Of a DNA stretch of 64,000 bases, positions 45,824 through 55,761 are shown piece after piece. The notes beneath the pieces are model-generated. The model had not been told where the DNA came from. It saw only the letters and a program-made list of their open reading frames with translations, and did no database searches. How positions within the stretch are numbered: the stretch's first letter is position 1; each line of letters starts with the position of its first letter. The stretch spans positions 93,940 through 157,939 of the forward strand of contig JAPPDF010000080.1 in NCBI GenBank assembly GCA_028875575.1, written 5' to 3'. The DNA is from Acidobacteriota bacterium (GTDB lineage Bacteria > Acidobacteriota > Terriglobia > Versatilivoradales > Versatilivoraceae). The translations under genes were made by a program, and so were the position numbers.

Positions 45824-47881
45824 ATGCACCGATTGACTTGGCTGTGGGTGCTGACAGGGCTCCTGCTGGTTGCCCCTTCCGCCCTGGCGCAGGCCCAGTC
45901 CCCGACCTTCTCACTCACCCAAATCTCGGACCGGTTTCCCTCCCGCGGATTCGAACCCCGGGTAGCCTTCTGGCGGGCTGTCTTTAGCAAGTATGGCGCC
46001 AACCAGATCATCCTCCACGACACCGATGACTTGAGGCTGATCTACGAGGTGGTCGAGTTCAAACAGGGCCTCGGCCGCAGCAGAGCCGCCTCCAGGCGCC
46101 AGCGGAGGACGGTGCGCGCCCGCATTCACCGCCTGTCGGTTGCCATGAACCGCTTGCGGACCCACGGCCCCGATCCCAAGAATCCCGACGCGGTGCAACG
46201 TGGAATCCTGAAGGTAGTGCGCTCCGCGGGCCTGCAACCCACGCGGGCGCTTTTCAGAAGGCTGCGCCACAACATCCATGCACAGAGAGGCGTGAAGGAG
46301 CGGTTCCGGAAGGGCATCATTCGCTCGGGACGCTACCTGCAGACAATGGAGGCCATCTTTGAGAAACATGGTCTTCCCAAAGAACTGGTGCGCCTCCCTC
46401 ACGTGGAATCCTCCTTCAACTATGCCTCCCGCTCCAGCAAGGGCGCCGCCGGCATCTGGCAGTTCATGCCCCGGACCGGCAGGGCCTACAAGCTCCGGGT
46501 CGGCCGTAACGTCGATGAACGTCTGGATCCCATCGCCGCCACCGACGGCGCCGCTCGCTATCTGAAAGACGCCTATCGGAAACTGGGCAATTGGCCCCTG
46601 GCCATCACCTCCTACAACCATGGCCAGGCCGGGATGGCTCGAGCCAAACGCCGTCACGGGCCCAACCTGCTCACCGTCATCGACAAGTACCAGTCCAGGT
46701 CCTTCCGCTATGCCAGCAAGAACTTTTACGCCGAGTTTCTGGCCGCCGTGGAGGTCTCCGAGAACTACCGCACCTACTTTGGGCCGCTTGAGCTTCTGGA
46801 ACCCCACCGGTACCAGGAGATCTACCTGGACAAGTCGGTTCGTGTAAGCACCTTCACCACCATCGCGGGCCTCTCCCGGGATGTCCTGCGGGAATACAAC
46901 CCGCAGTTCAAGCGCCGCCTCTGGACCCGTACACGGGTCCTGCCGGCGGGTTTCAATCTCCGCATCCCGGCCGCCAAAGCGGAAGAAGCTCGAGTGGCCC
47001 TGGCCAGGGCCCCGGCCGTCCGCTGGCGCGGCGCCCCCGCCAAGGTGCCCCCGGACGGCTATCGAATCCGACGAGGGGATTCGTTGGGGGGCATTGCGCG
47101 ACGCTTCGGAACCTCCGTGAAGGCCATTCAACGGTTGAACGACCTGGAGGGAACCCGGATTTACGCCGGGCAGGTCTTGAGGATCCCCGGTTTGCGCCGA
47201 GCCTCGGCTGGCCAGGGTGGCTCGTCCGGGTCAAGGACGGCCGGAGGAGCTTCGGCCAGATCGGCCTCAACGCCGCCGGCAAGCTACCGGGTCCGGCGCG
47301 GCGACTCCCTGAGCGTGATTGCCCAACGATTCGGCACCTCCGTAGCAGCCATCAAGCGAATGAACGGCCTCAGGAGATCCCGCATCCACCCGGGCCAGGT
47401 GCTGAAGATATCCGAATCGCCTACGGCTCCGAAGCAGTCCGCCGGTCCCGACCCGACGGCGTCGGCCGAGGCCAAGGCTCGGTCCGGCTCGACGCAGGCG
47501 CCGGCATCCCGGGCCACGCTATATCGCGTCAGGCGCGGCGACTCGCTGATTATCATCGCCCGGCGTTTCGGGACTTCGGTCGGCGAAATACGGCGGGCCA
47601 ACCGACTGAAGGGGTCCCGCATTCTGGCGGGTCAGAAGCTGAAGATACCCGTCCGGGCATCGGCAAATGGAAATCGGCGAAGGGCCGGCGGCGAATCGAC
47701 TTCCGGCGCCGCCAACGGCCGCTACCGGGTGCGACGCGGAGACTCCCTGGACTCCATTGCCAGGAAATTCGGAGTCTCGGTCCGACAGCTCAGGACTGCC
47801 AACGCCATCCGCGGCCACCTGATCCATCCGGGCCAGACCCTGATCGTTCCCACGAACGCCACCACCCCGAAGGCCGACTAG
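45824..47881 (+). CDS. mltD: Lytic murein transglycosylase with four C-terminal LysM domains (MltD-like)
   Basis: Signal peptide. SLT-domain motif ESSFNYASRSSKGAAGIWQFMPRTG. Four LysM repeats starting YR(I/V)RRGDSL. Confidence 0.8.
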   Translation: MHRLTWLWVLTGLLLVAPSALAQAQSPTFSLTQISDRFPSRGFEPRVAFWRAVFSKYGANQIILHDTDDLRLIYEVVEFKQGLGRSRAASRRQRRTVRARIHRLSVAMNRLRTHGPDPKNPDAVQRGILKVVRSAGLQPTRALFRRLRHNIHAQRGVKERFRKGIIRSGRYLQTMEAIFEKHGLPKELVRLPHVESSFNYASRSSKGAAGIWQFMPRTGRAYKLRVGRNVDERLDPIAATDGAARYLKDAYRKLGNWPLAITSYNHGQAGMARAKRRHGPNLLTVIDKYQSRSFRYASKNFYAEFLAAVEVSENYRTYFGPLELLEPHRYQEIYLDKSVRVSTFTTIAGLSRDVLREYNPQFKRRLWTRTRVLPAGFNLRIPAAKAEEARVALARAPAVRWRGAPAKVPPDGYRIRRGDSLGGIARRFGTSVKAIQRLNDLEGTRIYAGQVLRIPGLRRASAGQGGSSGSRTAGGASARSASTPPASYRVRRGDSLSVIAQRFGTSVAAIKRMNGLRRSRIHPGQVLKISESPTAPKQSAGPDPTASAEAKARSGSTQAPASRATLYRVRRGDSLIIIARRFGTSVGEIRRANRLKGSRILAGQKLKIPVRASANGNRRRAGGESTSGAANGRYRVRRGDSLDSIARKFGVSVRQLRTANAIRGHLIHPGQTLIVPTNATTPKAD

Positions 47882-47983
47882 CAGTAGCGCGACCCTACCA
47901 GGGCCCGCTCCGGTCATTTTCCCCGAGGGAGCGGCCACTTCCCAAACCTCCCGTCACGGCGGCCCGGGCACCTGCCAGGATCC

Positions 47984-48961
47984 ATGGAATCCAACCCCAT
48001 CAGCAAGTTCGTTGGTCGTCACTTCCGCCACTTCAATGCGGCGGCCTTGTCCGATGCGGCTGACGGGTACCGGGAATTGATCGCGTCCGGGGGCCGCATG
48101 CTGATGACCCTGGCCGGGGCCATGAGCACCGCCGAAATCGGGGTCAGCCTGGCCGAGATGATTCGGCAGGACAAGATCCACGCCATCAGTTGCACCGGAG
48201 CCAACCTGGAAGAGGACCTCTTCAACCTGGTGGCCCACGACGAGTATCTCCGCATTCCCAACTATCGAGACCTGACCCCCGAGGCCGAGCAGGATCTCTT
48301 CAGCCGCTCCTTCAATCGAGTGACCGACACCTGCATTCCGGAAAAGGCCGCCATGCTGAAGCTCGATCACGCCATCCGGGAACTCTGGTACAAGGCCGAA
48401 GCCGAGGGAAAGAGCTATCTCCCGCACGAGTATGTGTATCAACTGCTGCGCAGCCGGACTCTGGACGACTCCTGCCAGATCGATCCCAAGGACAGCTGGG
48501 TGGCGGCGGCCTGCGAAAAGGACCTGCCCCTGTTCGTGCCGGGCTGGGAGGATTCGACCCTGGGGAACGTCTTCGCCTCCTACTGCATCAAGGGCACCAT
48601 CAAGAACCCCCAAACCGTGCGCGGCGGCATTGAATACATGGTGTCTCTGGCGGACTGGTACCGTGAGACTTCCCGCCAGGGCCCCATCGGCTTCTTTCAG
48701 ATCGGCGGGGGTATCGCCGGCGACTTCGCCATCTGCGTGGTTCCCATGCTCAAGCTGGATCTGAAGTTGGACGACACCCCGCTCTGGAGCTATTTCTGCC
48801 AGATCAGCGATTCTGTCACCAGCTTCGGCTCCTATTCGGGCGCCGTCCCCAACGAAAAGATCACCTGGGGGAAGCTGGCAGTGGACACCCCCCGCTACGT
48901 GATCGAATCGGATGCCACCATCGTGGCGCCCCTGATCTTCGCCTGCGTGCTGGAAGAATGA
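47984..48961 (+). CDS. Deoxyhypusine synthase family protein
   Basis: 325 aa. MTLAGAMSTAEIG...ISCTGANLEED...GWEDSTLGN resembles the deoxyhypusine synthase-like NAD-binding family. Confidence 0.75.
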   Translation: MESNPISKFVGRHFRHFNAAALSDAADGYRELIASGGRMLMTLAGAMSTAEIGVSLAEMIRQDKIHAISCTGANLEEDLFNLVAHDEYLRIPNYRDLTPEAEQDLFSRSFNRVTDTCIPEKAAMLKLDHAIRELWYKAEAEGKSYLPHEYVYQLLRSRTLDDSCQIDPKDSWVAAACEKDLPLFVPGWEDSTLGNVFASYCIKGTIKNPQTVRGGIEYMVSLADWYRETSRQGPIGFFQIGGGIAGDFAICVVPMLKLDLKLDDTPLWSYFCQISDSVTSFGSYSGAVPNEKITWGKLAVDTPRYVIESDATIVAPLIFACVLEE

Positions 48962-49052
48962 AGTTGGCCGGCGATTCCACGATAAACCCTTCCGAGTGTA
49001 CTTCGGTTTCATCCCGTATGGTCCGCCCGGTCGCTTGAGGCGGGGCCGGCCA

Positions 49053-49223
49053 AGTGGATAGTGGATAGTTGTCAGTGGTTAGTGAATTGATCGATGGGTT
49101 ACGTGGATTGTTGATCTCGGCGCAGTCCGTCAATAAGTGCAATGAGGTCATCAGGCGCTTGCCTGCTCCCGAAATACTCCACTAATCACTGACCACTGAT
49201 CACTAGCCACTAATCACAATCAC
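49053..49223. repeat. Word-array element B3 (heptamer arms)
   Basis: Left arm AGTGGAT AGTGGAT AGTTGTC AGTGGTT AGTGAAT (49053-49087). Right arm CCACTAA TCACTGA CCACTGA TCACTAG CCACTAA TCACAAT CAC (49179-49223). The right arm overlaps the stop codon of the symporter gene (49220-49222). Confidence 0.8.
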
Positions 49224-50710
49224 AGCTTCATCGGCGGCCTGCCCCAAAGGGTGAGTTCCGGCCTCGCCCGGGGACCCGAGACCAGGTGGCTGGCCAGGTA
49301 GCCCAGGCCGAAGCTGATTCCGAACGCGATGGGGAAGTAGTGGATGAAGTGCACCTCCGTCCAATTCTGCAGCCAGACCGAGACTCCGAGGGAGGGCAGC
49401 GTGCCCAGAATCCACCCGCGGAAATGGGCCCGCCGGGTCAGCATCCCCAGCAGGAACAGCGATAGCACGGGACCGCCGAAAAGACTCAGAAAGGCTGAGG
49501 CGGCCTTGAGAATCTCACCGATTCGGACCGTGTAGCAGGCGGCCCCGATGGCAAAGACGCCCAGAACCAGGGTCAGCGTCCGCGCCAGCTTGACCTCCGA
49601 GCTGCTGGAGACCGCCCGGCGCCGGAAGGGCTTGATGAAGTCGTTCATGATGACCGAGGAGAGCGAGTTGATTCCTGAATCCAGGCTCGACATGGCTGCC
49701 GCCAGGATGGCCGTGATCAACAGTCCGGAGACGCCGTCGGGAAGGGCGTGGATGATGTAAAAGGCCAGAATCCCGTCTCCAGTCACCCCCTCGGCCAGCC
49801 GTTCCGGAAAAGACTGAAAGTAGGCGAACAGGCCCAATCCCACGAACAGCAGCACGTTCATCAGGACGAGATCGATCAGGGAATTCAGGATGGCCGCCTT
49901 GGCCATGCCGCGGGCGTCCCGAACCGACAGGAGGCGCTGCACCGAGACCTGGTCGGTGCCATAGTCCTGCATCAACTGAAACAGGTAGGAGAGGGCCGCA
50001 CCCAAGGCCGTCATCTCGAACCATTTCAACTGCCACTGCCAGACGTCCAGCCGGGCCGTTTCGCCGGCCACGGCCATGATTTGCGCCACGCCGCCCGGCA
50101 CCCCGTGCATCAGAGCCAGGGCCACCCACAGCGCCCCGCCCGCCAGCAGGGCAAACTGGAGCACGTCGGTCCAGATCACCGCCGACAATCCACCCGCCGT
50201 GGCGTAGGCGGTGGCGATGATTCCCATCAGGAAGATGGCGGGATAGAGACCGATGCCGGTCATGACCGAGAGAGCCAGGGCCGGAGAATAGATGACTACT
50301 CCCAACCAGCCCATGCGGGCCAGGCAGAACAATCCGGCCACGCACAGGCGCGCCCCGCGGCCGTAGCGCAGATCCACGTACTCGTAAGCGGTGGTGACCT
50401 GCAACTGTCGATAGAAGGGGTAGAAGATCAGGATCAGCAGGGGAGCCACCAGCGGGCTCACAAGGCCCAGCACCACCATCGAGATGTTCTCGCGAAAGGC
50501 AACGCCCGGGACTCCCAGAAAGGAAGAGGCGCTGGTGAGGGAGGCGAACATGCTGACTCCAACCGCGAGCCAGGGCATGCGGCGCCCTCCCAGAAAGAAA
50601 TCCTCGGTGCTCCGCTGCTTTCCCGCCAGTCTCAGGCCGATCCAGACCAGGGCCGACAGGTAGACGACCAGCACCAGCAGGTTCAATCGACTGAATTCGA
50701 CGGCTTCCAT
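49220..50710 (-). CDS. Sodium:solute symporter (SSS/SLC5 family)
   Basis: 496 aa with about 13 TM helices. N-terminal FFLGGRRMPWLAVGVSMFASLTSASSFLGVPG motif. Confidence 0.85.
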   Translation of the reverse strand: MEAVEFSRLNLLVLVVYLSALVWIGLRLAGKQRSTEDFFLGGRRMPWLAVGVSMFASLTSASSFLGVPGVAFRENISMVVLGLVSPLVAPLLILIFYPFYRQLQVTTAYEYVDLRYGRGARLCVAGLFCLARMGWLGVVIYSPALALSVMTGIGLYPAIFLMGIIATAYATAGGLSAVIWTDVLQFALLAGGALWVALALMHGVPGGVAQIMAVAGETARLDVWQWQLKWFEMTALGAALSYLFQLMQDYGTDQVSVQRLLSVRDARGMAKAAILNSLIDLVLMNVLLFVGLGLFAYFQSFPERLAEGVTGDGILAFYIIHALPDGVSGLLITAILAAAMSSLDSGINSLSSVIMNDFIKPFRRRAVSSSSEVKLARTLTLVLGVFAIGAACYTVRIGEILKAASAFLSLFGGPVLSLFLLGMLTRRAHFRGWILGTLPSLGVSVWLQNWTEVHFIHYFPIAFGISFGLGYLASHLVSGPRARPELTLWGRPPMKL

Positions 50711-50871
50711 TTTCCGCCTTTGTCGGCCGCCCCCCTGATCTCAGGAAGTGGCAGCAGGCCCCGTCCAGTCCGCATCGGAGCGGCCTGGCCGGACTTGCCG
50801 GCCCGGAACGGCAAGCATACCATGCTGGAACCTGGCCGATACTCTCACCGAAATGCTGAAGCGGCAGCGGG

Positions 50872-51906
50872 CTAAAACCCGATGCCGAAGGCGCTGACCA
50901 ACCCGGAATCGTTCCGTCGCACCTGAACCGGAGGCCGGCTGACAAACCGGTCGTAGAAGGTCAGGCTCCAACTCAGATTCTTGGAGAACAGCAACCTCAA
51001 GGAACCGTCGAAGGCGAGGCGGTAATCTTCCGAACTACCCAGGTTGGGATGAGCAGTCAGCCTACTGCTCAGTTGAATCCTTTTCCTGAGCACCGTCTTC
51101 CACTCCACCCCCGCCAATCCTTCCCCGCCTCGCCGAACCGGCGGCTCGGAGGTCCCGGGTTCTCCGCGAAACCGTTCCCCGGTAAAGGTCACACCGCCCA
51201 ACAGCGCCAGCTCGTTCCTCTTGGTCTTCAACAGGGTCCGGCCCAGGCCGCCTCCCAGAACCGTTCGGAAATTGAGCCGCTGGCGATCGTTGTGTTCAAA
51301 GGTGCCCAGGGCGAAACGGAAGACGCGGGGATTGACGAACCAGTCGACGCGAAGACCCGCGGTCTGACGGCTGGTGGGGTCGGCATCGTCCTGGCGGCCG
51401 AAGATGGAGGAGACATCCCCCGATATCTTGAAGTGGCCCTTATCGTAGAGACCCTGCGCCAGGAACGAGGACTGATCGAGTTGCGAGTTGCCGCGGGTCA
51501 GGTTGTAGCCGAGGTCCAGGGTCCCCTCCACCTCCCTCCACAGGCTGCCTCGTTCCGTCTCGGCCTTGGGAGCCAGGCCCACCACCCGGTCCTTTTCGAC
51601 AGAAACCGTCTCCTTGGTGGTTGTAACCTCCAGCTTCCCTTTAGCCAGGACCAGCTTGCCCCGGTATTTGCGCCCGCGTTCGACCTCGACCTCGAACCGG
51701 CGGTCGCTGCTGAAGCCCTCCAGTTTCAGCCAATCGATCTGGATGGTGCCCGCATAGGCGGTCTCCAGAAACACCCTCTCGCCGGCCAGACTCTTTACCT
51801 CTCCGGTCAAGCGGTCGCCGTTCTCCATCGTGAGAACGTCGGCGGCAAGGCCAGGGGCCGTTCCGCAAGCCAGGAGCAGCCACGGGAGGAGGATGGAGAG
51901 GCGCAT
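50872..51906 (-). CDS. DUF481-like outer membrane beta-barrel protein
   Basis: ATG at 51906 with a signal peptide (LLPWLLLACGTAPGLAA). GYNLTRGNS and FEHNDRQRLNFR blocks are typical of DUF481/YdiY. C-terminal GIGF. Confidence 0.6.
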   Translation of the reverse strand: MRLSILLPWLLLACGTAPGLAADVLTMENGDRLTGEVKSLAGERVFLETAYAGTIQIDWLKLEGFSSDRRFEVEVERGRKYRGKLVLAKGKLEVTTTKETVSVEKDRVVGLAPKAETERGSLWREVEGTLDLGYNLTRGNSQLDQSSFLAQGLYDKGHFKISGDVSSIFGRQDDADPTSRQTAGLRVDWFVNPRVFRFALGTFEHNDRQRLNFRTVLGGGLGRTLLKTKRNELALLGGVTFTGERFRGEPGTSEPPVRRGGEGLAGVEWKTVLRKRIQLSSRLTAHPNLGSSEDYRLAFDGSLRLLFSKNLSWSLTFYDRFVSRPPVQVRRNDSGLVSAFGIGF

Positions 51907-51934
51907 GGTGTCGACGAGGCGCACGAGGCACTCC

Positions 51935-53257
51935 TTAGGGGTTGGGTTCGGAGGGGGGAGCGGTTTCCATTGTGAATACCTTCCGGGTGGCATCGATGGC
52001 CAGCCAGCACAATCCCGCGAAAACGTAGGCTCCGGCAATGGTTTGAAAGAGAATCGACCAACCCAGCCGTTGCTTGATCCAGCCCAGGAGGGGTCCCGAA
52101 ACAAAGGCTCCCACCGAGCCGGCCATGTTGACGGCTCCGAAGACCCGGCCCGAGAGCGGACCGGCAATGTCGGTAATGGTTCCCCAAACCGTGGGTTGAC
52201 TCCAGTCGGTCAGAAACTTGGCACCCGCCAGCAAAACCATGATCAGTCGGCCATCCTCCACGTCCAGGCTGATCAGAACCAGGATGGAAGCCAGCACCTT
52301 GCCCGTCAGCCCCACGGCTTTCCTGGCGAACTTGCGTCCCTTGAGGCGGATCAGCCGGTCGTTGAGCAACCCGGCAAAAGCCCCGCCGGCGGCTCCCCCC
52401 CAGAGGGGCAAGCTGGCGAAGATTCCCATCTGAACGGGGTCGAACCCCTTGGCCTCGCTTAGGAAAAGGGGGATCCAATAGACGTAGAGCATGTCGGCGC
52501 CGGCGCTGGCCACGCCGTGAAGCATGAGCATGGCCAGATTGCCCAGTGCCGGCCGGGTCAGGTCCAGACGCGGCGCAGCGCCGGATGTGGGCGATTGGAC
52601 CGGCTCTTCTCCATCCACCAGCGCCTGTTCCGCCGAATTGGCCCAGGGGTGGCCGGCCGGGCTGTCGGTGAACAGCAACCGAAAGGCAACGGCAAAGCAG
52701 ATCCCCGCCAGTGCCAGCCACCACATGGCCGCTCGCCACTCCATCTGCAGCCAGCCGAGCAGAAGGGTGCCGACGACCAAGGCGGCGCTGGCCCCGCCGG
52801 CCCGTCCGGAAAAAGATCCGATCAGGCCCTGGGCGGTGGTGCGCACAGACAAGGGGAACCAGCTTCGGGTCACCTTGGAGATATTGGAATAGGCTCCGGC
52901 CTGGGTCAGTCCGAACAGGGTCCGCACTCCGGCAAAGGACCAGGCCTGCCCGACCATGGCGGTGCCGGCCACGCAACCGGACCAGGCGAATATGATGACC
53001 GGAAGCACAATCGCCGGCCCCAGCAGGTCTCCCAGCAGGCCTCCGGGAACCTGGAACAGGGCATAGGAGAGATTGAAAGCGGAGTCCAGCCACCCCAATT
53101 GCGTGTCCGAGAATCCGAATTCCGACTTGACCTCCGGCTTGATGACGCCCCAGGAGTATCGGTGCAGGTAGAGGAGCCAACTGGTCACGCAGGCCAGGGC
53201 CAGGACCAGCCAGCGGATGCCGGTGGGTCGGGCGGCGGAGATGGGCTGCTCACTCAT
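51935..53257 (-). CDS. MFS transporter, anionic sugar-acid (ACS/hexuronate-type) subfamily
   Basis: 440 aa. Motifs LYLHRYSWGV, GWLDSAFNLSYALFQVPGGLLGD, TLFGLTQAG resemble ACS-family (glucarate/hexuronate) permeases. Confidence 0.7.
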   Translation of the reverse strand: MSEQPISAARPTGIRWLVLALACVTSWLLYLHRYSWGVIKPEVKSEFGFSDTQLGWLDSAFNLSYALFQVPGGLLGDLLGPAIVLPVIIFAWSGCVAGTAMVGQAWSFAGVRTLFGLTQAGAYSNISKVTRSWFPLSVRTTAQGLIGSFSGRAGGASAALVVGTLLLGWLQMEWRAAMWWLALAGICFAVAFRLLFTDSPAGHPWANSAEQALVDGEEPVQSPTSGAAPRLDLTRPALGNLAMLMLHGVASAGADMLYVYWIPLFLSEAKGFDPVQMGIFASLPLWGGAAGGAFAGLLNDRLIRLKGRKFARKAVGLTGKVLASILVLISLDVEDGRLIMVLLAGAKFLTDWSQPTVWGTITDIAGPLSGRVFGAVNMAGSVGAFVSGPLLGWIKQRLGWSILFQTIAGAYVFAGLCWLAIDATRKVFTMETAPPSEPNP

Positions 53258-53423
53258 GGCGAGGCGCCTATTCTACTTTGCAGGGAGTTTCCGGACTCCA
53301 TCGGCTCGACCGTGGGCGTCGCCCGCGTCTGACCGGATTCCCCTCACGGGAGAGCGATGTTGAGGAGCTGACCGGGGGGTGCAGTGGTCTTGTGTGCTAA
53401 TGGGCTTGCTGCAAAGGAAAAGA

Positions 53424-53498
<75 letters not shown>

Positions 53499-53620
53499 TC
53501 GTTCCTGCCCCACCACGGGGCGATGCGACAGGCTTCAATATAGTCGGTACGCTTCCCGCTTGCAAGAGTTCGGCCAGGAGAGTGCTTCCCCGGGCCGGTC
53601 GACGCCGGGACCGACGATCC

Positions 53621-55147
53621 TCAGGTAAAGACCGGCTCTGCCAGCTTGGACAACAGAATGGAGGATGCATTGTGCACGTCGGCGTGCAGTGAATTGCCGT
53701 GGGCGTCCATGGTGACGATGGCCGGCAGGTCCTTGACCCGCAGGTGCCACATGGCTTCGGGGATGCCGAACTCCAGCAGGTGGACGTCCACCACCTCCTC
53801 GATGCAGCGGGAGTAATACTGGGCTGCCCCGCCGATGGCGTTCAGGTAGACGGCGCCCGATGCCTTGAGCCCCGCCAGGGTCCTGGCCCCCATGCCTCCC
53901 TTGCCCATCACGGCACGAATGCCGAACCGCTCGATGATCTCCGCCTGGTAGGGTTCCTCGCGAATGCTGGTGGTCGGCCCGGCCGCAGTGATCCGGTAGT
54001 GGCCGTTGTCTTTCAGAACCACCGGGCCGCAGTGGTAGAGCACGCTTCCCTGCAGCTTCACCGGCGAATCGTTCTTCATCAGATAGGTGTGGACGGCGTC
54101 GCGGCCGGTGTAGATCTCGCCGTTGATCAGGACCACGTCGCCCATTTTGAGCCCGCGCACCTTTTCATCGGAGATGGGAGCCTCCAGGCGGACCTCCCTG
54201 CCCGTTTGCGGAAATCCTTCGCCGGCGGCCATGGGAACGGCGGGTTGGTCGTCGCGGTAGAGCCAGCGCTTCAGAGCCCCGGTCCCTGCGTCCAGAATGA
54301 CCCCCAGCCGCCGGAAGGCCCAGCAATCGTAGGCCACCGACACAAAAAAGCAGGCCGGCAGGCGGTTGAGGACACCCACCTTGCAGCCGATCAGCGTCAC
54401 CTGCCCCCCGAAGCCCATGGTTCCGATCCCCAGGGTGTTGCCGGCCTTCATGATGTAGTCCTCCAGCGCAGCCAGTTGAGGGTTGGGATTGGTGTCGTCC
54501 AGGGTCCGGAAGAGCTGTTCCTTGGCGTGAGTGTATCCGGAGGTGCGGTCGCCTCCGATACAGACGCCTAGCGCTCCCGCGCTGCACCCCTGTCCCTGGG
54601 CCTGCCAGACGGCATGCAGGATGCACTTGCGAACCCCGTCCAGGGTCCGGTCGGCTCTCCCCAGGTGAGGCAGCTCGCAGGGGACGGAGTACTGGATGTT
54701 CTTGTTTTCGCAACCTCCTCCCTTGAGGATCAGCTTGATCTCGATCTCTTCCGGGTTCTCCCACTGCTCGAAATGGACGATGGGGGTGCCGGCGCCCAGA
54801 TTGTCGCCGCTGTTCTTGCCCGTCAGCGAATCCACCGAGTTGGGGCGGAGCTTGCCCCTCCGGGTGGCCTCGGCAATGGCCTGGCGGAGGTCCCGCTGCA
54901 GGGCCAGTTGGTTGACGCCCACCGGGGTCTTGATCTTGAAGGTAGGCATCCCGGTATCCTGGCAAATGGGGCCCTCGTCCTCGGAAGCCATGTCGATGTT
55001 GGTGGCGATGACGTTGAGGGCTTGGGAAGCCTGAGTGGAGGGGGTCTCGCATCGCAGGCCGTCGGCCATGGCCCGCCGCACGTCCGGAGGAAGGTTGGTG
55101 GAGGTCTCGGTGATGAGTGCGAGCATACTCTCTTGAAACAAGGACAT
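53621..55147 (-). CDS. Class I (Fe-S) fumarate hydratase / L(+)-tartrate dehydratase, fused alpha-beta
   Basis: ATG at 55147 after AAGGAG. ICQDTGMP, KGGGCEN and C-terminal GKGGM motifs are typical of class I fumarase/TtdAB-type hydrolyases. Confidence 0.85.
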   Translation of the reverse strand: MSLFQESMLALITETSTNLPPDVRRAMADGLRCETPSTQASQALNVIATNIDMASEDEGPICQDTGMPTFKIKTPVGVNQLALQRDLRQAIAEATRRGKLRPNSVDSLTGKNSGDNLGAGTPIVHFEQWENPEEIEIKLILKGGGCENKNIQYSVPCELPHLGRADRTLDGVRKCILHAVWQAQGQGCSAGALGVCIGGDRTSGYTHAKEQLFRTLDDTNPNPQLAALEDYIMKAGNTLGIGTMGFGGQVTLIGCKVGVLNRLPACFFVSVAYDCWAFRRLGVILDAGTGALKRWLYRDDQPAVPMAAGEGFPQTGREVRLEAPISDEKVRGLKMGDVVLINGEIYTGRDAVHTYLMKNDSPVKLQGSVLYHCGPVVLKDNGHYRITAAGPTTSIREEPYQAEIIERFGIRAVMGKGGMGARTLAGLKASGAVYLNAIGGAAQYYSRCIEEVVDVHLLEFGIPEAMWHLRVKDLPAIVTMDAHGNSLHADVHNASSILLSKLAEPVFT

Positions 55148-55330
55148 GATCACTCCTTGAAAGCCGGATCCGGAATCGAAAATCGCCGGGAGCGGGAGCC
55201 CCCTGGGGGTATCCTCCAAATTATAGCCGAGTTGCCTTCCCCTCGGGCAAGAGCCCCCATGCAAGGGCGAAGCCCACAGTCGAGCCGGAAGCGGGCAAAT
55301 GCGAAGTCTCGCCGTTCACAGAAAAAATTA

Positions 55331-55484
55331 ACATCGATGCACAGGATATACAGGATTTTTTCTGACAGTCCGCCGTCCTGTATTCCTGGAAATCGGCAAA
55401 CCCCCACGCGATCATCGCCAGCGTCGGCTTCCCGTGCAGCAGCGTCTCGTCCTGGTTATCCTGTCCATCCTGTATATCCATGTC
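55331..55484. mobile_element. Word-array element C1 (9-nt word arms), MITE-like
   Basis: ACATCGAT GCACAGGAT ATACAGGAT ... GTCCTGGTT ATCCTGTCC ATCCTGTAT ATCCATGT. The core is homologous to C2. Flanked by A/T-rich DNA (GAAAAAATTA | ... | CCTTTTTTGTTTTTTTATCT). Confidence 0.7.
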
Positions 55485-55502
55485 CTTTTTTGTTTTTTTA
55501 TC

Positions 55503-55656
55503 TACATGGATGCACAGGATATACAGGATTTTTGCGAAAGTCCGTTGTCCGTTTTCCCGGAACTTCCGCAAGCCGGTTCCGGATCATCGCCCGAGCCGTG
55601 TTCCGGTGCATGAACCTTTCGTCCTGTGTATCCTGTGCATCCTGTGCATCGATGTT
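55503..55656. mobile_element. Word-array element C2 (9-nt word arms), MITE-like, tandem to C1
   Basis: ACATGGAT GCACAGGAT ATACAGGAT ... GTCCTGTGT ATCCTGTGC ATCCTGTGC ATCGATGT. The outer end CCTGTGCATCGATGT is the exact reverse complement of the C1 start ACATCGATGCACAGG. Confidence 0.7.
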
Positions 55657-55738
55657 CATAAGAATTCATCGATTCCCCGACGCCCACCAGTCACTGCTGA
55701 CATTGAACCTCAGACAGGGCACGCTCGCGGTCACGGCC

Positions 55739-55747
55739 TGCTATAAT
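55739..55747 (+). promoter_or_regulatory. Extended -10 promoter element (TGcTATAAT) for the SDR gene; near-leaderless transcript
   Basis: TG-C-TATAAT at 55739-55747, only 14 nt before the ATG at 55762. There is no SD between them and no good -35. Confidence 0.4.
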
Positions 55748-55761
55748 CGACGGGTTTCGCC

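Noticed and set aside
49053-49223. Short tandem repeats considered as a possible CRISPR array (also 30801-30956, 34882-35067, 55331-55656)
   Set aside because: The repeat units are only 7-10 nt and directly abut each other without spacers. They occur as inverted arm pairs around a core, and no cas genes are present.
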